This document shows, piece by piece, positions 29,001 through 37,840 of a DNA stretch of 64,000 nucleotides (position 1 is the first letter of the stretch; each line of letters starts with the position of its first letter). The stretch comes from an uncultured virus (IMG/VR IMGVR_UViG_3300009085_000026) (taxonomy: Duplodnaviria > Heunggongvirae > Uroviricota > Caudoviricetes): the IMG/VR virus record IMGVR_UViG_3300009085_000026; one strand, 5' to 3'. The position numbers and the translations under genes are program-made. A model generated the notes under the pieces. It ran no database searches, was not told where the DNA came from, and saw nothing but the letters and a program-made list of their open reading frames with translations.

Positions 29001-31864
29001 AATTGATCATATTGAATTATATTTCTGAATCCAAGAGAATCAGTTGTCGTCAATCTTCTATTAGAATCATCATAGGTATTTTTAATCAAAAATGTTTCTA
29101 CTGAATCAACTATTGAAGATTTAGTTAACATTCTGCCTTCTCCATCATAAGTATACTGTATTGTATTCTTTGGATAATCGGAAGAATATTCTGTTTCGCC
29201 ATCTGCCTGAGTCATATAAGATTCTTTTTTCACAAGTCTCCCTAAGATATCATAATCAAATGAATTAATTATGTGTTCGTGATCTTCTGAGTCTAGATTG
29301 TTCGTCATTTGTTGATCGTCTTTTACAACAAATGAAGATTTCCAAGAGGGACTAGTACCATAAATAATAGAGAGTATGTTTCCCAGAGGTCTAGTAATAG
29401 AAATTAAGTTGTTAGTTGTTCCATCATAAGCATAGGCAGTAGTTGGATATCGAACTCCATCTGAATAACCTAAACTAGAATCAAATATTTCCTCTGTATT
29501 TAGAGTAGTTCTATCGACTACTTGAATGTGCACTAAATTTAAAGAAGAATCGTAATCGTTAAAAGTACAACTGTCATTATCGGGATCGTCATCGTTCATT
29601 TTTCTAATAGCGCCCGCTAAGCCCATACACTTATAAGTACTAAAACGAGATGCATAGGTTGCTCCACTTGTACCAGCATAAGGATTGCTAAAAGGAGCTG
29701 TACCAAATTTAGAGTAAGGATCGGATTCGCCAGTCCAGAATGCTACATGTTGATACCAAGTATATTGAGGAGTACCAGCTGAACCTTCAACCTTATATGA
29801 TCGTTTTACGTGACCATAAGAATCATAATCCATGTTGTCAGAGTATTTTTCTGTGCCACCAGTAACACTATCATCGCTAACAAAGAATCTTGTTTTTGTG
29901 ACCTCATAATAATCGGTGACATTAGCAGAGGCAGTATTAACGTTAGCTGTTTTATTTAAAAAAATCCAATCTGAGCCATTCCAAACATAATTTTTAGTTT
30001 GAGAAGTTCCCTTATAGGTAGTAGTAGATTGATCGTGAAAAATAACAGTTTTAGTTTTATTTGTAGAAGTAGGAGCACTAGATCCCTTTTCCATAGTAGT
30101 AATAGTAGTACTATACGGGTGGTATGTATGATGTTGAGTGGTGTATTCTTCTATATAGCCCTCTCCCGAACAATAAAAAGAATAATCATAATCAATCTGT
30201 TTCCAAGTAGCTACACTAGAACTAGCCTTTGTTACTACATTTTCAACTGCTGGCTTATTCATTCTAGAAATGCCTGACTCATAATGTGGCGGCTCATAGT
30301 TGTCGTCTATGTAACTCCAAGAATCTTCTCTGTAACAGATTTCTCTAAAAGTATAAACAATTGTGGCTTCCCCAGAGTCGTTTGTTATAGTAAAAGTATC
30401 ACCAGCTGGAGTAGTGTTAAAAGTATTTGAATAAGCAACTTCTTGCAATGCAGAGAAATAAGTAGATTCACTAGTTTGTATCTTAGTTGCTGTAAAAGAG
30501 GTATCTTCAGCAAAAGCAGTAGAATCAAGAGCCTCATACTTGTCTAGCCAGCTATTAGCAGCAGTAGTGCTAGATAGAGAGTATCTACCTATAAACTTGT
30601 CCCCAGCTCTTAAAATACCATTACTAGTATTGTCAGAGGAAACCATAGATACAAAGACTCGTTTAGAAGATATTGAATAATAATAGAACTTGATAGCACG
30701 GCCATCTGTATGAGCGATTCTATCTAATTGATAGGTAGGATCTGAGCCCGACCAAGTGTATGTTAAAGTATTTTTATTTGTAGGATCGCTCAAAGTAGCT
30801 ATTTTACCAGAGCTATCAAAAGTGGCATATTTGCCATCAGAAAAATAAAGTACTACCGTGTCGGCTGTAGTATCCCACCAATAATCATAATAGCCATCTC
30901 CAGGTGGACTATCTATATAGTGCTCTGTCATTGTTACTTCATAGTGAATAACGGCTTTTTCTTCAGGGAGTCTTATATCTATATGCATATGAACACCAGC
31001 CGTTATTACAGTACAATCATAATAGCCAGCTCCATACCAAGTAGAAGCTCCAGATCCTGGATCGACGGGAAGGTTATATTTTCTACCAGATGGGAGAGTA
31101 ATTGCAAAATTCTCTTCACCAGGAGATACATAAGGAAGTTGCCAATTCCACCCTTTTGCAAATCTATAGTGAGAATTTGCGGTAGTACTAATTGGTGAAC
31201 CCGTACTATCGCTAGTTGGAGAACCATCGTCTCCCAAAATTATATTATAAACTAAGTCAGAGCTAAATTTTGACGAGACCGATAAGCCTATTCCCCTAGC
31301 AGATACGGAAACATCATTTCGACTCATCGAAAGACCGCCAAAATAAGGATCTACACTAGCTATAATTGGCAATCCAGAAAGAGTACCAGATTCATCTACT
31401 TTATAAGAACCCATACCAGGAGTATAATCAGTAAAGTGTTCAACTTCAACTGTGATAGTTTTATTTTCTAAATCTTGACTAATTTTCTTTGTTGGTCTCC
31501 AAGATTTTGTTCCCTCATGATAATATAGAACTTGAATGAGATTTTCTTGCTCAAAATCTACAGGGCATTCATAAGGAATAGTTAAAGAGGCGGGAGCTAA
31601 AAACTTTAATCGGTTTGGTCCAAATCTATAAATATTTCCAAACTTTTTTAACTGTTCTTTTTCAATAAAAGCATTAAATTTCTCGAATTTAATTTGACTA
31701 GATTTTTCTTTGAGATTAGAAAAATCTAGATTATATGAATCAAACTCTAATTTAACTTTTTCGGAAGACAAGCTATTAGGTCCCTCTGTGAAAGTAAAAA
31801 CTTTTTCATCAAGCTTTTCAAGTCCATTACAATATTTAAAGGGAGCATTCAAAATCTCTGCCAT
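26069..31864 (-). CDS. Rhs/YD-repeat protein with ZU5-like N-terminus and JAB-like/DUF4329-like C-terminal domain
   Basis: YD repeats; core end FTDKELDKSGLYYFNARYYDP..RFLTED..YNYCLNDPVNLMDFDG; C-terminal E...WHTHP...FS.SD; N-terminal FGP..LKF..PASLTIPY...VEHFTDY. Confidence 0.88.
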   Translation of the reverse strand: MAEILNAPFKYCNGLEKLDEKVFTFTEGPNSLSSEKVKLEFDSYNLDFSNLKEKSSQIKFEKFNAFIEKEQLKKFGNIYRFGPNRLKFLAPASLTIPYECPVDFEQENLIQVLYYHEGTKSWRPTKKISQDLENKTITVEVEHFTDYTPGMGSYKVDESGTLSGLPIIASVDPYFGGLSMSRNDVSVSARGIGLSVSSKFSSDLVYNIILGDDGSPTSDSTGSPISTTANSHYRFAKGWNWQLPYVSPGEENFAITLPSGRKYNLPVDPGSGASTWYGAGYYDCTVITAGVHMHIDIRLPEEKAVIHYEVTMTEHYIDSPPGDGYYDYWWDTTADTVVLYFSDGKYATFDSSGKIATLSDPTNKNTLTYTWSGSDPTYQLDRIAHTDGRAIKFYYYSISSKRVFVSMVSSDNTSNGILRAGDKFIGRYSLSSTTAANSWLDKYEALDSTAFAEDTSFTATKIQTSESTYFSALQEVAYSNTFNTTPAGDTFTITNDSGEATIVYTFREICYREDSWSYIDDNYEPPHYESGISRMNKPAVENVVTKASSSVATWKQIDYDYSFYCSGEGYIEEYTTQHHTYHPYSTTITTMEKGSSAPTSTNKTKTVIFHDQSTTTYKGTSQTKNYVWNGSDWIFLNKTANVNTASANVTDYYEVTKTRFFVSDDSVTGGTEKYSDNMDYDSYGHVKRSYKVEGSAGTPQYTWYQHVAFWTGESDPYSKFGTAPFSNPYAGTSGATYASRFSTYKCMGLAGAIRKMNDDDPDNDSCTFNDYDSSLNLVHIQVVDRTTLNTEEIFDSSLGYSDGVRYPTTAYAYDGTTNNLISITRPLGNILSIIYGTSPSWKSSFVVKDDQQMTNNLDSEDHEHIINSFDYDILGRLVKKESYMTQADGETEYSSDYPKNTIQYTYDGEGRMLTKSSIVDSVETFLIKNTYDDSNRRLTTTDSLGFRNIIQYDQLYRPTSVYKWKPNIENAGIDWEDSQGGVTAYLIGISETDYEPVFNKPIANRVFNEATGASPSSYETNHYGLTRNVYDNLGRVVDSYYTNIIDGNGTERHISNSYYKDDENYVINKSYEDATNYIQTKQISDWLGRGAKTTHCWTDKNATGDELITTNVYDYSGRLISFQQPNGTNNVGEFVSYMFSSAGSLEKVVYSDGTTLINNFNKNGSNVANTNRRGILTTYEYNDRDGVEKQITHGTPDIEIVQKYCQFGIATSEEKEGLTSIVLNSSKYNNFGSVTEFAQTIDDKTMRVQKAYSADGTILSITVIGSGASPWTKTLYLNSQWHPNPDVYNYNFSILSANSDGSSPIFKNVLGFDGSLNYIEYGSGTTISFDYDEFARLSSINNSDANISDMTFVKNFLGNIITRDDNLGSENNYAYDGMNRLYSESLGSKTYDYDKVSNLLTVGTKTWTYELLDSDTKNSIYKNQKRLRNFQDSFNSTNWDITYDNEGNVFKVSDRFNKMSHDGLNRLREIEYIGGNKDKYSYNISGLRIKKEEYARSGNAQTIYYLYSGDQILLKETYEDSTLIESVFNLLTGKATMGAFIKTYDPPSEELKYFYVDNLFSRKNITDSSGNIENSFTYDTWGELTSGDSGKARFTDKELDKSGLYYFNARYYDPIIHRFLTEDKVGSSYNYCLNDPVNLMDFDGKAPGDEFKTPQAAVRDAMSIALITGLSGNFETTGDIFYNKETNRYFSTPIVEQGPTFCVAGVSAWTWSEEWTDRGCSKNYEYIGTWHTHPDHSLAIEDGNGRMWLKRSSDPFNCDFYCHFSISDIIGKVDLGDKTLNGFIAGMHWDYSSSGSKHYWSNLGIPIRSDPIYGALFLNWMAGPDGIIYECEINEHELGLTPARGPTAAYNFLDLLYEGYLFEIGQGSMTRKDYESLRAMMENIWSKNIGMINIDWESMDLRESNPMDNPSEWGHGGNNGGSPKVPNCIPQ

Positions 31865-31918
31865 GATGTTCCTCCTGGTCTAAATTAAACATGATTTAAA
31901 TTTTTTATCATTTAATTA

Positions 31919-33970
31919 TTAAGTTTTTATGCAAATTAAAAAAGCCCGAGACAATGGCATAGAGTTGTTAGCAACACCAGTATGCTCATGATTGCATGAG
32001 TGGTAATGGTTAACATAACAAGCTGTGGTAGCTCCTGCACCTCGCTTTAACTCGCTACCATTTCTAGTGCTAGTATTAGTAGATGTCATTGAGTGACCAT
32101 GGTGATCACTACCACCGCCATATCCAACAAAAGCATCGCTTAATCTTATAAGTTTATTATTAGCATAGGAATATTGTGTCCATCCGGGGGGAATCATATT
32201 TCCCGAGAAGAATGCCACAACTCCAGATGGTATCTCTGTAACGGTAGAATCAGGATGAATTAAATGTAAATTAACATAGGTTGGGTCATTAGGCTCTGCT
32301 GTATGGCTAGGAACTGTATGATAGTGAGAAGTACAAGTACAATGATAAGGATAAGAAGTTAGATGCTTTTGGCGAGTAGCATCATTACTTCCATATGCTG
32401 TATTTGAATGCGTATGGGTATGAGTGGCAGCACCTCCCGTCCCGCCAGTACCAGAAGAGTTTAATTTTACATAATGCTCTTCAGTATAAGTAGCCTCAGA
32501 CCAACCCGTTGGTATAGGATAACTTGAAAAGAAAAGAAGAGCCGAAGATGGAATTGAGTTAGCCCCACCAACTATGGCAGCTCTCCACTCCTGATAAAGA
32601 GGTTGATGATCCATATCATCATGACTATGAGAATAATCGTGGGTGTGGCTAGCACTCATAACGGTTTGAGTTATAGCGGAAGTATCTGCCTGAGTAGAAT
32701 AAGCTGTTCCAGTAGTGAGAGACTGAGAAGCATGGGAATGGGTATTTGAATATAAATTTGAACCACTAGCAGAGGAACTTCCCATCGGGAATATACCCGA
32801 ATACGATAGAGCTCCCCAGCTAGATGGAGCTGCTTCTGCAAATAGAGCCATCATATTACGTGGAATAGTTCCAGCTGAATAAGAAAGTTCAGAAATATCT
32901 CCGTCGTATTCATACCAATTCCCACCAGCTAGATCTCCTGTAGCTATAAATTTATTTTCAGAGAATAAAAATAAATTATCTTCCGATTGTATAATAGAAA
33001 CTATTTTATCGTTATTTATTGCTGAACCATCATTATAAAGACTAGTACCAGAACCAGAAGAATCTGCATTTTTCCAAGCAGAGAGATCATAAGAAGCTAT
33101 TTTCCCATTTTCTCCAGCAACTATGATATCTGTATAATAAGAGCCTATGGCAGAAACAACAGTATCTCCCAAGGGGGATGTAGCAGAAATATTAGTATCA
33201 CCTTCATAATATAGAACATATCCAGTATTTGTGCCAAAATATAGAGGAGAGCCACTTAACATAGCTGTTATCTCTTCGTCTCCAACTTCTAAGTTTAATA
33301 GTACGGGGGTCCATTCTTTTGTAGAAGAGTTATAATTAAAACATCTACCACTATTTTCATAAATTATAAAATTAGAAGAATCTAACTGACTCATTAATGT
33401 TATTTCTCTACGCCCCATCATGTCTCCATTACTATTGAGGCCTTGACCAGGAGTGTGATTATAATCATACCAATTAGTACCATCATAGGATATTACATAA
33501 CCATCTTCAGTTCCGAAAACTAAAGTAGTACCAAAAACGGCCATTTTTGTTATTCTACTATCCCCCGTTACGCCGCCCCCATAACAATGGGGACCAGTAG
33601 GCGAACCTCCGCTAACATCTCCATCTGGATATTTCCATTGATTAACTGATCCGCCCTCAAAAGAGGCAATTTGACCATTATTACAAGCAACTATCAAATA
33701 ATTACCCCATTGAATGGGAGTACAGTCTATACTGACAATTTCACTATCATCATATTCTAGCCAAATTCCAGCTCCCGATTCGAGGGGTCCATAAAGAGTA
33801 TGATTTGAAAATTTGTATCCAGATAAGCCATTAGAGTCATTTAATATATACATATATTTATTGCTAGAAGAATCTTCATAAAAGCAAGCGCCGAGAATTT
33901 TTGTTCCAGCAGCTCCCAGTAGAGTTCCACCATTTAAATATATATTATCATTAGTAAAGGTTTGTGACAT
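31919..33970 (-). CDS. putative tail fibre / virion appendage protein
   Basis: Beta-rich repeats, then three collar-like units (IP.G..A.F....P.GW) each with HxH repeats. Confidence 0.65.
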   Translation of the reverse strand: MSQTFTNDNIYLNGGTLLGAAGTKILGACFYEDSSSNKYMYILNDSNGLSGYKFSNHTLYGPLESGAGIWLEYDDSEIVSIDCTPIQWGNYLIVACNNGQIASFEGGSVNQWKYPDGDVSGGSPTGPHCYGGGVTGDSRITKMAVFGTTLVFGTEDGYVISYDGTNWYDYNHTPGQGLNSNGDMMGRREITLMSQLDSSNFIIYENSGRCFNYNSSTKEWTPVLLNLEVGDEEITAMLSGSPLYFGTNTGYVLYYEGDTNISATSPLGDTVVSAIGSYYTDIIVAGENGKIASYDLSAWKNADSSGSGTSLYNDGSAINNDKIVSIIQSEDNLFLFSENKFIATGDLAGGNWYEYDGDISELSYSAGTIPRNMMALFAEAAPSSWGALSYSGIFPMGSSSASGSNLYSNTHSHASQSLTTGTAYSTQADTSAITQTVMSASHTHDYSHSHDDMDHQPLYQEWRAAIVGGANSIPSSALLFFSSYPIPTGWSEATYTEEHYVKLNSSGTGGTGGAATHTHTHSNTAYGSNDATRQKHLTSYPYHCTCTSHYHTVPSHTAEPNDPTYVNLHLIHPDSTVTEIPSGVVAFFSGNMIPPGWTQYSYANNKLIRLSDAFVGYGGGSDHHGHSMTSTNTSTRNGSELKRGAGATTACYVNHYHSCNHEHTGVANNSMPLSRAFLICIKT

Positions 33971-34000
33971 TTCTAACCTCCATTTTTAACTCAGACAAGT

Positions 34001-34007
34001 TTATCTT
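34001..34007 (-). promoter_or_regulatory. putative late promoter AAGATAA for the fibre-Rhs operon
   Basis: Intergenic motif upstream of a GGAGG SD; more copies at 34043 and 34053. Confidence 0.5.
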
Positions 34008-34062
34008 GGTGATAGAAAAATATTTTTTAAATTAGATACTGATTATCTTTTTTTATCTTCGC

Positions 34063-34090
34063 ACAAAAAAGCTCCTCAAAAGAGGAGCTT
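34063..34090 (-). terminator. Rho-independent terminator, near-identical to 26015-26044
   Basis: ACAAAAAAGCTCCTC-AAAA-GAGGAGCTT on the plus strand. Confidence 0.9.
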
Positions 34091-34096
34091 AAAAAT

Positions 34097-34282
34097 TTAA
34101 GTTCTACTAACTTTTACCATTATTTTATGGTTATGACTTTGTTGATTGCAAGGAGCCCACCCAGTGATAGCTTCATTATTTGGACCACAATAATATACCA
34201 TAGTCCCTTCGGGAAGTATGTCTAATTTTATTAATTCTTCTTTTAGAAGTTTTATTACTTCTTCTTTAGAAAAATGTTTCAT
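34097..34282 (-). CDS. hypothetical protein
   Basis: Last ORF before the terminator. Confidence 0.5.
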   Translation of the reverse strand: MKHFSKEEVIKLLKEELIKLDILPEGTMVYYCGPNNEAITGWAPCNQQSHNHKIMVKVSRT

Positions 34283-34287
34283 TCTTA

Positions 34288-34617
34288 TTATAAATCTATA
34301 AATTTATCTGAAGCTTTAAAGTTCTTTATTTTTTCTACATCTATAAACATTTCTTTAATCTTATCATCTACTTTTTTCTTTTCATTAACCAGACCAAATA
34401 CTTTAGATGCTAGATCGTAGGGAATTTCCACATCAAATACTTCTCCTACGGGATCTCTTGGACCAATAGGCACAGAATCTAATATGAACATTCCCCCAGC
34501 GTCATTTATTATTATATTGATATCCTCAATAAACACTTCCCATATCAACCTAAACATATTATGAGAATAATGTAAATCACTTTCACAAACTCTAGTCTGA
34601 TATAGTTTTGCTTGCAT
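34288..34617 (-). CDS. hypothetical protein
   Basis: Coupled ORF. Confidence 0.65.
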   Translation of the reverse strand: MQAKLYQTRVCESDLHYSHNMFRLIWEVFIEDINIIINDAGGMFILDSVPIGPRDPVGEVFDVEIPYDLASKVFGLVNEKKKVDDKIKEMFIDVEKIKNFKASDKFIDL

Positions 34618-35080
34618 TCTTTACCTTATTTAAAAATTGATCCCACGTTAAAGATGCATTCAATCTTCTATATTCTGGATCGAACTTTATCCCTTCGTTT
34701 CCAATAGAGGACTTATCCCACTTAGGAGCTGTGTTAGTCCATCTTTGCGAAATCCATTTCTTTATAACATTAGCTGGAATAAATACAGTCGCTGACTTTT
34801 CCATTTCGTGATTAGTCAAAGCAAACCAGCCCCTAAATGGATGATCTACTGTATAATTGTTGGCTATAAAGTATCCCCGCTTACCATCTATCTCAATAGA
34901 TGTCCCCTTTATTAGAACATCGCCTCTTTCCTTATTTTTAACAGCTGACTCTACGCTTTCAGAGGCCTTACCATATAACTCTTCATTATTGATAGCATCT
35001 ATTCCCTCCTCTTTAAGCCACTCTACTAACTTATCTTCAAATTCTCTACCATACTTATGTGCATCAAAATTGTCTTCCAA
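34592..35080 (-). CDS. putative PD-(D/E)xK nuclease
   Basis: GREFE...GDVLI....IEIDGK pattern. Confidence 0.55.
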   Translation of the reverse strand: MEDNFDAHKYGREFEDKLVEWLKEEGIDAINNEELYGKASESVESAVKNKERGDVLIKGTSIEIDGKRGYFIANNYTVDHPFRGWFALTNHEMEKSATVFIPANVIKKWISQRWTNTAPKWDKSSIGNEGIKFDPEYRRLNASLTWDQFLNKVKNASKTISD

Positions 35081-35092
35081 AATTAACTCCTT

Positions 35093-35896
35093 CTAAATTT
35101 TTTCCCTAAGCTTAAGAATCTGTATATCACCCTTGAACATATGTAGCGAAAAACAATGGAAAGTTAAATTACCAATAGATACATCATTCCAAAAATTATC
35201 AATGCCCCTAAGCTTTTCCAACATCCACTGATTAAGTCTACAAGCCATATAGATATCATCTCTAAGATACCTTACCGCATCGCAACTTCTTATAATATAG
35301 AAGACATTTAGCTTGTTATCTCTCATCATAAAGTGGTATCCAAGTGTACAGGGCACTCTTTTGCCATGAGCATCACCAGTATCTTCGGGGTGCCATATTG
35401 TTAGATAAGCTTGACGAGTATATGGATCTTTCTTTAACAGATCTACAACATCATTTAAATCACCGTAGGGGAATCTAATGCCACTTCTTACGGTTTTATC
35501 ATCTGTATATTTTGGCCAAAATCTCTCAGCATAAGTGTGGGAAAACTTTTCGCCATCTATCTCTATTGAAAAATTACTCTGGTTAGGTCTCCAGAATGGC
35601 CACCTAACATATGAAGGCATTGGATTTAATGGGATGCCAGACACTCTTTCGTCGAACTGTTCATCGGCCCACTTTACATTTGGACTACACTGAGATCGAA
35701 GATCTTCTATAGAATCTGGTATTGGCGCACTAAAAACTATATCCTGTACTTCAAAAGATTTAAACTCGTCCTTCTCAATCTTTTGAGCTTGCCAATATTT
35801 ATTATCAATTGGTTTACCAGAATTAAGTAAATATTCTAAAGAATTCCTTATGGCCTCTGACAAGCTAAAAAACATATTTGGATTTATTTCTTGCAT
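35093..35896 (-). CDS. thymidylate-synthase-like pyrimidine modification enzyme (dCMP-type), copy 2
   Basis: DPYTRQAY, RVPCTLGYHF, IRSCDAVRYLRDD, SLH. Confidence 0.8.
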   Translation of the reverse strand: MQEINPNMFFSLSEAIRNSLEYLLNSGKPIDNKYWQAQKIEKDEFKSFEVQDIVFSAPIPDSIEDLRSQCSPNVKWADEQFDERVSGIPLNPMPSYVRWPFWRPNQSNFSIEIDGEKFSHTYAERFWPKYTDDKTVRSGIRFPYGDLNDVVDLLKKDPYTRQAYLTIWHPEDTGDAHGKRVPCTLGYHFMMRDNKLNVFYIIRSCDAVRYLRDDIYMACRLNQWMLEKLRGIDNFWNDVSIGNLTFHCFSLHMFKGDIQILKLREKI

Positions 35897-35919
35897 CTTT
35901 TCTCCTGAAACAATATATG

Positions 35920-36555
35920 CTAAAGTATCTGAAGTTTTTGGTGTCCAACCTTAACTTTTGGATCTACCCAAACTTTAAATCCTGATTCTCTAGCCCTTAA
36001 TGAAAAGTAAATATCTTCGGAGACCATTACGTCTTTTCTTCCATTAAATTCTTTTAGAGTACATAAGAACCAAGGTGGTTCTATTTTTTCGAATACTCCT
36101 TTCTTAATTAACATGAAAGCCATACTTGCCCAAGCACTTTCAATAAGATCGTTGCCCTTGAAGTCATCTTCATTAAAGAATCTATGTCTTCCCTCTGCGT
36201 CTGTTTCAATAGGCATACCAGAATATCTCACTGGATCCATTTTAACTGTAGCAGACACTATATCTACGTTTCTATTTAATAGATTTTTAAAATCTTCTGG
36301 TTGAAACATAGTATCACTATCAATCCACATTATATAGTCATAATCAATTGCTCCATAGAATGGAACTCTTGGTCTATCTACGCCCTTATTAATTGGCCTT
36401 AGGCATCTTTCTCTTACTTGAACTACATTAGAACCACCAGCAACAGATATGATCGGTTCTATGTTATTGTCCTTTGTCCAAAAAAGAAAGTTGTTCCAAT
36501 TTATAAAGAATTGACCAGAGAAACTATTCCCTGGCAATGCAAATGCTACTTTCAT
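35920..36555 (-). CDS. glycosyltransferase-like protein, paralog 4
   Basis: YIMWIDSD, SEDIYF, DPKVKVGH. Confidence 0.8.
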   Translation of the reverse strand: MKVAFALPGNSFSGQFFINWNNFLFWTKDNNIEPIISVAGGSNVVQVRERCLRPINKGVDRPRVPFYGAIDYDYIMWIDSDTMFQPEDFKNLLNRNVDIVSATVKMDPVRYSGMPIETDAEGRHRFFNEDDFKGNDLIESAWASMAFMLIKKGVFEKIEPPWFLCTLKEFNGRKDVMVSEDIYFSLRARESGFKVWVDPKVKVGHQKLQIL

Positions 36556-37187
36556 AGTATCCTCGGCTTTAGGTGTTTTACCTTAACTGTTGGATCTAAC
36601 CAAAGCTTAAATCCAGCTTCTCTAGCTTTCAAACAGAAATATACATCTTCTGTTACAAAATGTTCTTTACCAGCGTATTTTACCATTTTAGTTTCAAACC
36701 ATGGTCGCTCAATCTTTTCAAATACACCCTTCTTTATAAGAGTAAATCCAAGGCCAAATCCCATAGCTTCTATTAGATCTTCTCCTTGCAAATCACTATC
36801 TTCTAAGCATTTCATACTTTCACCATCTGGAAGATCTTCTAATTTAGACATAGGGTATAGTTTGTTATTCTTCTTATAACAACCAGCAACTATATCAACA
36901 TTTCTATCTAATAGCTTTTTAAAATCTGGTGGATTAAATAGAATATCACTATCAATCCACATGATGTGAGAGTAATCCAAAGCGCTATTAAACGGTATTG
37001 CTTTTCTATTGTCAATAAAAGGATCTGTAATGCCCATACACTTTTCTCTAGTCAAAGAAACATTTGAGCCGCCTTCAAAGTTTAAGCCATATTTATAATC
37101 ATTCATATCTAAATAGTTTATGAATCTTACTAAGCCCAAAAAAGCTGGGCCAAAAAAGCTATTTCCAGGTAAAGCAATTATTATCAT
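36552..37187 (-). CDS. glycosyltransferase-like protein, paralog 3
   Basis: HIMWIDSD, TEDVYFC, DPTVKVKH; start set at MIIIALPG by alignment with paralogs. Confidence 0.8.
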   Translation of the reverse strand: MIIIALPGNSFFGPAFLGLVRFINYLDMNDYKYGLNFEGGSNVSLTREKCMGITDPFIDNRKAIPFNSALDYSHIMWIDSDILFNPPDFKKLLDRNVDIVAGCYKKNNKLYPMSKLEDLPDGESMKCLEDSDLQGEDLIEAMGFGLGFTLIKKGVFEKIERPWFETKMVKYAGKEHFVTEDVYFCLKAREAGFKLWLDPTVKVKHLKPRIL

Positions 37188-37831
37188 AGTGCCCTCATTT
37201 TTAGGTGTCCAACTTTTACAGTTGGATCTAACCAAAGTTTAAATCCAGCCTCTTTTGCTTTAATGCAAAAGTATATATCTTCTCCTACATAAATCTTTTT
37301 ATTGGGACCGGATGGCTCGTCTACTGTCGCTGTTGCAAACCATGGAGCTGGAATCTTTTCAAATACTCCCCTCTTTACTAACATAAATGCCAATCCGACT
37401 CCATCCGTCTCTATCAAATCGGTACCTTGAACGTCGTCGTCCGTTAAACTTTCTTTTTCAAAGAAGTTTTTAGTAGGATCTATTTTTCCAGCCGCATAAA
37501 CAAAAGGAGTTTTCTTTACCAATCCGCTAACTATGTTTTCATTTCTGGCCAATAGCTTAGTAAAATCTTCGGGGGTAAATATAGAATCACTATCAATCCA
37601 CATGATGTGAGAGTAGTCTATTTTACCATAGAATGGTGCAATGTTATTGCACTCTACAATATCTTTGTCTTCTAAGCCTAAGCACTTCTGCCTTACTACT
37701 GATACATTAGAGCCGCCTTCTATGGAGACAGTATAAGGTATTTTTTCCTTCTTCAAAAAGAACATTAAACGAACCCAACACTCTATAAATTCTCTTTTAA
37801 ATTCGTTCCCTGGTAAACAAAATGTTATCAA
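37184..37831 (-). CDS. glycosyltransferase-like protein, paralog 2
   Basis: HIMWIDSD, GEDIYFC, DPTVKVGH. Confidence 0.8.
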   Translation of the reverse strand: MITFCLPGNEFKREFIECWVRLMFFLKKEKIPYTVSIEGGSNVSVVRQKCLGLEDKDIVECNNIAPFYGKIDYSHIMWIDSDSIFTPEDFTKLLARNENIVSGLVKKTPFVYAAGKIDPTKNFFEKESLTDDDVQGTDLIETDGVGLAFMLVKRGVFEKIPAPWFATATVDEPSGPNKKIYVGEDIYFCIKAKEAGFKLWLDPTVKVGHLKMRAL

Positions 37832-37840
37832 AATATCCTC

